Assembly: GCA_001179505.1 (NCBI GenBank)
Contig: CDMY01000717.1
Coordinates: forward strand, 1 to 27,797
Direction of reading: 5' to 3'
Length of the DNA stretch: 27,797 nucleotides
DNA from: Vitrella brassicaformis CCMP3155
Taxonomy: Eukaryota; Protista; Chromerida
How positions within the stretch are numbered: position 1 is the stretch's first letter; each line of letters starts with the position of its first letter. The position numbers and the translations under genes were made by a program. Positions 19,911-27,797 of this stretch are shown one piece after another. The notes beneath the pieces were generated by a model. It ran no database searches. It was not told where the DNA came from and was given only the letters and a program-made list of their open reading frames with translations.

Positions 19911-20208
19911 TGATTCACTAAACTTAGAGGGGGGAGGTACTGATTGCTGAAAGGCGTGGAAACAACTTGAGGGAGTGAACGATAGAAATCGAGATTGCGA
20001 GCTTGAGGGGGCGAGATGGGGGCTCCCGTCTCGATCTTCCCCGGGCCGGCCTGAGCTCCTTCGCGCGGCAGAAAGAGGTCACATGGATGCAGACGGATGA
20101 GCCGCGGACGCCTGGGCTCTGACGGCTTCAAGCGACTCCCTCAGTAAATTTGAAACCGTGGATTTGAAACCGCTGAGGTGATCTTTAGTCCTTTCCCAGC
20201 AGCTCGTC
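19911..20208. promoter_or_regulatory. Probable bidirectional promoter between the IQ-CBM48 gene (-) and RP2 (+), with tandem ATTTGAAACCG motifs (20148-20158, 20162-20172)
   Basis: 298 bp between divergent ATGs, microsatellite-free, with an exact 11-bp direct repeat. Confidence 0.45.
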
Positions 20209-21056
20209 ATGGGTCAGATCTTGTGTTGGTTCCGTCGTGCGCCCACCCCACAGCCACAGGCGCCGCTCCTCCAGCAACAGCAGCAGCAGCAAGCATCGGT
20301 GTCCCAGCAGCAGCAGAAGAAGAAGCTGAGAAGAGAGGACTTCATCCTCAGCAACCGGAAGGACGCTGTCGTTGAGAGGGAGGCAGGGTGAGCGATGGGG
20401 GAACGAACGGATGGATGGATGGATGGATGGATGGCTGGATGGGTGGATCTTTCATCATTCTTTCTCTGTGTGTGCTGTGTTCATTGTCAGGACGATAGAT
20501 GGGCAGCAGTTTGTGATTGAGGACTGCACGGTAGGAAAGAAATAGAGAGGGGAGGGGGGGCGGGGGGGTGCATGACATTGGAAGCGTGCGTGTGTGGAGA
20601 TGGATGGTCATGTTGGTCCGTCTGTGCGTCCAATGCATCAGGGTTGCGACGTGTATCTGTTGGACTGGTCGGCCACCATCACAGTCGACTACTGCACCGA
20701 CTGCCGATTCCTCATAGGACCTGTAGAGGGCAGGTACGTCTGCACCCGACTGCGCAGCCGCAGCCACACAAACCCATCTCTCTCTCTCTCTCTCTGTTGC
20801 TTGTGTGTGCAGCATCTTCTTCCGCAACTGCAAGGGGTGCGACGTGTTGGTCATCTGCCAGCAGTTCAGGACGCGCGAGTGCCAAGACTGCAGATTCGGA
20901 CTCTTCTGCACCACTGTACGCTCATATCGCGCACACCACAAAACACAATATGTGTGGGTGTGTGTGTAGGAGCCGATAGTCGAGATGAGCAGCGGCCTGG
21001 AGTTTGGGTGTTTCGATTTCTGCTACTTCTCGCTCAGAGGCACGTCAAGTCACACA

Positions 21057-21091
<35 letters not shown>

Positions 21092-22673
21092 TATGTGCCT
21101 GTATGTGTATGTGTGTGTGTCCGGTCAGAGCACATGTCCAAGGCGCACCTCTCGCTTTGGGACAACAAGGTAAGGTAGGGCGTTGTGCGTTTACCCCATG
21201 GGTGTGTGTACGTGTGTGTGTGTGTGTGTGTGTGTGATGCATGTGCACAGTGGTACCGCATATACGACTTCTCAGCCACAGCTGCAGCGGCAGCGCAGGA
21301 CGAAGACGACGACAAGCCCAACTGGACGTTCATCCAACAGGTGAACCAAACGCCCTGATATGACAAGACGCGCGTGTCCGCCCCCTCTCCCCCTCTGTGT
21401 GCTGTGCAGTCGTCTGTGCGTGGTTTGGTGGACGCGTCAAAGTGCGGAGCCCTCTCGCCGGAAGAGGCCGATATGAAGGTATATGTTCGCCCATGAATGT
21501 CCCCGTTATATTCTGTGTGTGTGTATGTGAATGCGCGTCCACAGAGCAGTTTGCCCGTTAGTCTGGGGACTGAGAATCTGCCGTACGGCGAGTCGTGTGT
21601 GGTGCTGGTCCTGCCTGGGGCTGAGAATGAGGGCCTCATCGACACACTCGTAGAGGGGGCCAACAAGGTGAGAGAGGGAGGGAGGGGCAACGAGTGGATG
21701 GAAGTGTGTGTGTGTGTGTGTCGACGTGCGTGTGTGTAGGTGGGGGGCGTGTTGTACCAGACCCGCATGATGATATGCGACCCACCGAAAGTACACTCAC
21801 ACACACGGACAGCCATGGCGTGTACATGTGTGTGTGTGTGTGTGCGTGTGTGTGTTTCTTGTTTGTGTAAAGCTGAAGGAGTTGTTCGACAGACACAGCG
21901 ACGTTTCAGCCATACAGAAGGGCAGCAAAGGTGCCACCCTAGAAAGCCCTCCCTCCCTCCCGGCCTCATATGTCCCTCTGTGTGTCTGTCTGTCCATGTG
22001 TGTGTGGGGGGGNNNNNNNNNNNNNNNNNNNNNNNNNNNNNNNNNNNNNNNNNNNNNNNNNNNNNNNNNNNNNNNNNNNNNNNNNNNNNNNNNNNNNNNN
22101 NNNNNNNNNNNNNNNNNNNNNNNNNNNNNNNNNNNNNNNNNNNNNNNNNNNNNNNNNNNNNNNNNNNNNNNNNNNNNNNNNNNNNNNNNNNNNNNNNNNN
22201 NNNNNNNNNNNNNNNNNNNNNNNNNNNNNNNNNNNNNNNNNNNNNNNNNNNNNNNNNNNNNNNNNNNNNNNNNNNNNNNNNNNNNNNNNNNNNNNNNNNN
22301 NNNNNNNNNNNNGTCAATGTGATCGGCATCGAGATTGGGGGCAACAGCATACACAGCACACTGCAGAGCGTCATACAGGAAGAGTAAGTGCACGCAGCAC
22401 ACAGGTGTCGCATCTGCAAACACTTTCACACGCATGGATGGATGGATGGATGTGCGCAGTGACGCCCTGCGCACATCGAAGCTCATCCACCTAGTCGACG
22501 AGGCGAAAGGTAGACAGAGATCACACAGAGGACGCCCTGCCCTTCTCACCTCTCTCTCTCTCTGCAGAGGACGCCCTGCCCTTCTCACCTCTCTCTCTCT
22601 CTGCGTGTGTATGTGGTTTGCAGCCAAGCCACTGTCGAAAGAGTTTTTCCTGCAGTGGAAAGACGACATATGA
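20209..22673 (+). CDS. RP2: RP2/XRP2 homologue (TBCC-domain ARL3 GTPase-activating protein with degenerate NDK-like C-terminus), 14 exons
   Basis: Exons: 20209-20387, 20491-20530, 20642-20733, 20813-20915, 20970-21039, 21129-21169, 21251-21340, 21410-21478, 21545-21667, 21740-21790, 21873-21930, (start inside gap)-22383, 22460-22509, 22624-22673. Motifs: N-terminal MGQILC, GTIDGQQFVIEDC, DWSATITVDYCTDC..LIGPVEGSIFFRNC, CQQFRTREC (Arg finger), EPIVEMS, NKWYRIYDFS, GESCVVL, VIGIEIGG. Confidence 0.92.
22013..22312. other. Assembly gap (300 N) hiding an RP2 acceptor site and exon start
   Basis: Run of N preceded by a G-run; the RP2 reading frame resumes immediately after it (VNVIGIEIGG). Confidence 0.99.
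22526..22603 (+). repeat. Perfect 39-bp tandem duplication in the last RP2 intron
   Basis: cagaggacgccctgcccttctcacctctctctctctctg occurs twice, at 22526-22564 and 22565-22603. Confidence 0.92.
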
Positions 22674-22977
22674 ACGATATGTTACCAAATGGAGGGAGGG
22701 AGGGAGGGAGGTGTGTGAGCAGAGTGTGTGCATCTGGATGGATGGATGGATGGATGTGGGTGAGGGTGTACATATCACATATGTCGACTTCGTGAATTGA
22801 ATTGATACACACCTTGATTGATTGAATGAATTGTCTCTCTCTCTATCGCTAGGCACCCACACCTTCGCACCTTCGCAAGCAGAAAGAAAGAAAGTCTCAC
22901 TCCCCTTCCCCATCCCTCCCTCCCTCCACCCGTTGTTCATTCACACCTTCACCCCCCCGCCCCATGCAATCCATTCT

Positions 22978-24027
22978 CTACCCCCCTCCCCTCCGCTCAG
23001 CGGCCTTCTGCATGATCTTGGCCAGCTGAACGTCGTACTCGCCGAAGATGTGCTCGAGAGATGAAGGCTGCTGGGGGTGTGAAGCCGCCCCCCTCTTGCC
23101 GCCCACACCCACACCGGCCGCAGGTCTCACGTGAATGTGTGCGGGGAAGATGGACGCATTGGGACCTTCAGCTACCTGCATCGCACATGATATATCGTTC
23201 CAGCCACACGAGTCCCCTTCTCTCTGTGTGTGGGTGGGCGGGGTCTGTGTGGTGTGGTCCTACATACCAGTTGTGAGATCTCCGCCTGGCCCCTGCGTAT
23301 GAGCGCCTTAAGCAACATGTCCTTGAGTGCACGGCCGTAGTGCGGGTGGTGCTCCGGCAGATAGGGGAAGGTCAGGTACCACTGAGAAATGCACACGGGG
23401 AGAGAAATGCACAGGCGCACGTGTGTTTGGTTGACATCTACCGCATATCGAAGGATGAAGAGCCGCGCCACAGCCAGGTTCCTCTCGGCACGGATCAACT
23501 GCACACACATTCGGAGATCCATCCATCCATCCATCCATTGGCCGACACACACACACTCACCTGTGCAACGGCGTGTAGGCACTCCATCATGGTGGCGTCT
23601 TCGTGACTCTTGCCGATGCCGCCGGCGGTGGTGCTGCCCCTGTGTGGCATGTGTATGGCGGGGTCGCTCCTGCGCGATGAGGGNNNNNNNNNNNNNNNNN
23701 NNNNNNNNNNNNNNNNNNNNNNNNNNNNNNNNNNNNNNNNNNNNNNNNNNNNNNNNNNNNNNNNNNNNNNNNNNNNNNNNNNNNNNNNNNNNNNNNNNNN
23801 NNNNNNNNNNNNNNNNNNNNNNNNNNNNNNNNNNNNNNNNNNNNNNNNNNNNNNNNNNNNNNNNNNNNNNNNNNNNNNNNNNNNNNNNNNNNNNNNNNNN
23901 NNNNNNNNNNNNNNNNNNNNNNNNNNNNNNNNNNNNNNNNNNNNNNNNNNNNNNNNNNNNNNNNNNNNNNNNNNNNNNNNNNNGGCACCAGGGGAGGGGG
24001 AGGGGACTTCTCGCTGTCTGCAGTGCA

Positions 24028-24066
<39 letters not shown>

Positions 24067-27000
24067 TTGATTGTGCAGATCCCTCTCTCTCTGTCGCTCT
24101 CTCTATTTCACCGCTGGTGTCCATCTGGTTCTGATCCTCGACGACTGTCCAGTCCATATCAGTGATACCACCACCGTCAGAGGGCCGCATCTGCGGCGAC
24201 AGCGCCCCCGCAGGCTGGGGGATCGACGACAGCGATGTCGGCGAGAAGAGAGACTGCTGCAGCGACATGGTGCACTCGACCACCTGCTCAACCTGCACAC
24301 ACACACAGAGAGAGAGATGCGTGTGGATGGATGGATGGATGTGTGTGGTCAGCCAATAGCTCGCCTTGTCGTGCATGATAGCGAAGTTTTTCTCGTCGAT
24401 GGCCTTCATGCAGTGTGGCGGGATGCACTCACGCACCGATCGGAGCAGCTGGATAGACTGCCGGTGCTGCGACGACCGCACGTAGATCAGACAATAGGCA
24501 CTGCCGCCAATCCGGTATGATCCTGACGATGCTGCTGCTGCTGCTGGAGGGGGGGAGGGGGAGGGGTCGTCCGGGTGAGAAGAGGCTGTTGTTGACGGCA
24601 ACATGCGCCGCTGCTGCCGGTGTGATAAAAGAAAGAGATACACAACACATCCACACACGTGTGTGTGGGTGGGTGGGTGGGTGGNNNNNNNNNNNNNNNN
24701 NNNNNNNNNNNNNNNNNNNNNNNNNNNNNNNNNNNNNNNNNNNNNNNNNNNNNNNNNNNNNNNNNNNNNNNNNNNNNNNNNNNNNNNNNNNNNNNNNNNN
24801 NNNNNNNNNNNNNNNNNNNNNNNNNNNNNNNNNNNNNNNNNNNNNNNNNNNNNNNNNNNNNNNNNNNNNNNNNNNNNNNNNNNNNNNNNNNNNNNNNNNN
24901 NNNNNNNNNNNNNNNNNNNNNNNNNNNNNNNNNNNNNNNNNNNNNNNNNNNNNNNNNNNNNNNNNNNNNNNNNNNNNNNNNNNNGGGGGGGGGGGGGGGG
25001 GGGGGGCTGTACCGATTTGTTGGCTGCAGCACTGAGGGGCGAGGGCGATGCCAGTAGTGCGTCATTGGGTGCCAGTGTCTGTGTCAGCTGGGCGCACTGC
25101 TCCGGGGTGAGGTTGGGGTCGCCGAACGACTCCATCTGCACGCGCACGAACGAACAACGCTCCACCTAGACACACACACACATACACAGCACAGAGAGGC
25201 ATCCAGCCACATGCGCGTGCACACGAAGACAGACACACCCACTTTGCTGTCATCGATTCTAATCCACTGGTCGCTGGCAGGCGAGCCCTGGTTCTCGCGG
25301 ACGAACGTCCAATAGTGGCCGCCCTCACACGAACCGTCGTGCACTATCACCGCCTGCATTCATTACAACATGAAGCAGGTTCTGCGTGGGCGTGTATTGG
25401 GGTGGACAAGAGAGGGTGTGTGTGGCGTGGCGTGGCGTGCCTGAAGGTAGTAGAGGAGCTCTTGCTCGTCTTCCAGGGCACGCAGCGCGCTGAGGGCCTC
25501 ACTCACCTGCAAAGTACAGACAGCACCAGAGAGATACGCACCCAGAGAGGGATTGATGGATGGATGGATGGATGACAGTGCACTGCACTTACCTGCTCGA
25601 TGAGGTCCTCCTGTTCCTGGACGAGCGAGAGGATCTTCGACTCGTGCCGCCGCATGTCGTGCGAATCGGACTGCAGCTCCGCCAAATACAGCTGGTTCAC
25701 CTGCACACACACACACACACACACACGTGTTCGTATGTATTGAGTGCCTGCACAGGCGTACCTCCAGCTTCTTCTGCAGCGCGTGGTGCTTCCGGTCGGC
25801 ATCATTGATCTGAACCACTCTCACATACGACAGAGAGAGATAGAGAGGGAGAGCACAAGAGTCGGCACCCACCCACCCACCCACCCACCTTTTCCATCCA
25901 CGGCGCATCGCACGGGAGCAGTCGGCGCGTTGACAGGATGGCGGGGAAGTGCATGGGGTGCGTCACCTTGACGCCACGGCCAGACGAGCGGTCGTACGCG
26001 AACCGATCCAGGTTCACCCACACCACTGGCGCCAGGTCATACTCCTTCCTGTCGACACACCACACCACCTCCATCCATCTATCCATTGTGTATCCATCTC
26101 TCATGTCGGTGTGGATGCACACCGCTGCACATTGCCGTGAAGGTCGTTGAGGTGCATCTCGAGGGCCTCGTCGAGGGTGCGCGGGGAGGGGTGCTTGTTC
26201 GTGGTGTCGCCCTCGTCGCCCGGCAGGTGCAGGTCCAACTGGCAGAAATCCAACGGCGTCTCGCGACGGTCACTGACACACACACACATGGATGGATGGA
26301 TGGATGGATGTGGTGGGGTGTGTGTGTGTGTGTGTGATGGCATCTCGCTCGTTTACCCGTCGGCAAACCACTCGATGAGCCTCCCTGAGAAGAGCCGCCG
26401 GCAGACCTCGTCAAAGTTGGAGATGGACGACGTCACGTCTGGTGAATGAATGGTGAACGGCCAAAACACGCGGGGACATCCTCTGTGTCAGTGTGTGCGT
26501 ATCTCTGACTAACCTTTTGTTGTCTGTGTCTGTGTCTGTGTGTGTTGAGGTGAGAGTATGGCCTTAAGCAGCTGGTCGCGCTGCTCCGAGGCATCCTCCT
26601 GCAGGTACGACCCCACAGCTGCAATGAACGCACCGACAAAAGACACACAACACACACGCTGGTGTGGCGGTCGGTATCTGTGTGCGTGTGTGCGCCCATA
26701 CATCCTGATGCCATGGCCGCGATGCTGTCTGGTCCGAAGAGCTTCTTGTAGAGGTACGACGCATCCACAATGTCGTCAACAGTGCACTCCAGCAGCACCT
26801 ACACCCACACACAGACACACAGAGAGAGAAAGAGTCAGATACATCAATGTGTGTATCCATCCATTCACCCATCGGCCTCTTACAAAAAGATCGCGCAGGC
26901 AGTACAGCAGCGGACCTGCACACAACACAACACAACACAACGCAACACAACCACACACCAACAGAGATGCCGTCCATCCATCCATCCATCCATCCACCAT

Positions 27001-27587
27001 CGCCCCTCTGCTTACACTCAACATCTTCGCCCTTGTCTGAGAGGTACGGTGATGTGAGCAGCGCCCCACTTCCTCCCCCTCCGCGTGTCTGTGAGTGTGC
27101 GCCGATTTGGTAGAGGGCGCCCTTGAACACGGGCGTCACGTGGAAGAGCACTTGCAGCAGACAGTTGAAGTAGCAACTGCACACCACACACCAAACGCGC
27201 CGCGCCCACCACACAGCACAGGCACACCCACCCACTCAGTGACCGTCTGTCTGTCACTTTCCGTCTGTGTGCTGTGTGCGCCTCTTTCTTTGCTTCTTCG
27301 GTTGGTTGTTTGGCTGTTTGCTTGCCTGTTGCCAGCATTGAGAATGCCGCACGGGAGAGGCCAAAACGTCCTGCAAGCGCCGCAGCAACAGGAAAGATGA
27401 AATGCGCGTGTATTGATTGCGTCTGCTGACGCTTGTCTGCTCCGTCCATCCAGCCACTGCTTGCTGCTTACCCGTCCGCGAGGCGTACGAGCTTCCTGAG
27501 TTGCTTCTCGATTTGCTGTCCGTCTTTGAGGCTCTCCTCGATGGCGCGCTGGATCTGCTGCTGCTCCTCGTCATCCACACCCGCCAT
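22978..27587 (-). CDS. Ubiquitin-specific protease (C19 family, USP25/28-like layout) with N-terminal UIM, about 20-21 exons, two internal gaps
   Basis: Exons (minus): 27587-27472, 27370-27326, 27176-27016 (possibly split by intron 27102-27037), 26915-26869, 26798-26702, 26618-26514, 26438-26357, 26272-26123, 26048-25889, 25809-25762, 25700-25593, 25506-25441, 25353-25243, 25165-~25013, 24610-24365, 24292-24112, 24017-gap-23561, 23498-23442, 23381-23268, 23175-22978. UIM: DDEEQQQIQRAIEESLKD. Cys box: GILNAGNSCYFNCLLQVLFH. QEDASE; LDRFAYD; His box: YLQAVIVHDGSCEGGHYWTFV..WIRIDDSKV; SAYCLIY. The 3' end is uncertain. Confidence 0.9.
23684..23983. other. Assembly gap (300 N) within the USP gene
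   Basis: Run of N with G-rich flanks; coding-looking sequence on both sides. Confidence 0.99.
24685..24984. other. Assembly gap (300 N) within the USP gene
   Basis: Run of N flanked by (GGGT)n and poly-G. Confidence 0.99.
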
Positions 27588-27797
27588 CGCTGCGTCCATT
27601 ACGCCACAAGCCGACTTTTTGTGTTCGTTTCCCTCGTCGGTCGGTTATAAGGGTTTGACGAGACACCTGTCCCTAAACCCGGTTGCATACCCTAAGCTGG
27701 AGGAAGGAGGTGGTGGTGTTGTTGTCTGTTGATGGAAACGTTGTCCGGTGGAAAGACAGGGGAGTTAACCTTCCCTCTTTCGCTGACGAGAAAACGC

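Noticed and set aside
19907-20131. 74-aa minus-strand ORF upstream of the IQ gene
   Set aside because: It starts at TTG, lies within the divergent promoter and has no supported splice link to the ATG exon at 19910.
22526-22603. CRISPR-like direct repeats
   Set aside because: There are only two adjacent copies with no spacer, inside a eukaryotic intron; this is a simple tandem duplication. The 12483/12688 pair is likewise not an array.
23100-23135. Possible 36-nt intron in the last USP exon (GTGAGA...GGCAAG)
   Set aside because: It is shorter than other introns here and frame-neutral, so it cannot be distinguished from coding sequence without RNA data.
16493-25169. Numerous long ORFs containing X runs and poly-Pro or poly-Gly
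   Set aside because: They are artefacts of translating through 300-N gaps and adjacent homopolymer tracts.
1-27797. Transposase, reverse transcriptase, tRNA, rRNA or spliced-leader genes
   Set aside because: I found no DDE/RT/integrase motifs, cloverleaf or rRNA-like segments on manual reading. A covariance-model search was not possible, so small RNAs cannot be fully excluded.

Overview
Eukaryotic, very intron-dense genomic DNA: about 97 short introns, mostly 50-150 nt, filled with (CA)/(TG), (GGAT), (GACA) and (GGCA) microsatellites. The style is consistent with a chromerid alveolate such as Vitrella brassicaformis (inference, not verified). I spliced nine protein-coding genes by hand: an atypical CAMK-like kinase (-), a FATP/SLC27-type very-long-chain acyl-CoA synthetase (+), a secreted acidic protein (-), BET3/TRAPPC3 (+), an FGGY pentulose kinase (+), a C-terminal RING protein (+), an IQ-motif plus CBM48/AMPK-beta-like protein (-), RP2/XRP2 (+) and a UIM-containing USP deubiquitinase (-). 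Five assembly gaps of exactly 300 N sit next to G/C-rich tracts. The most notable observations are: (1) introns are polarised in transcript sense, with CA/GACA repeats near the 5' end and complementary TG/TGTC repeats near the 3' end, suggesting structure-assisted splicing; (2) 6-8 GC-AG introns; (3) an IQ+CBM48 domain fusion; (4) a spliced second ORF whose ATG overlaps the IQ-CBM48 stop codon (ATGA); (5) a duplicated degenerate telomere-like element; (6) a kinase with a DFD motif, no Gly-loop and a 21-nt catalytic-loop microexon. No tRNA, rRNA, CRISPR array or transposase was recognisable. All exon coordinates are manual and unconfirmed by transcript data.
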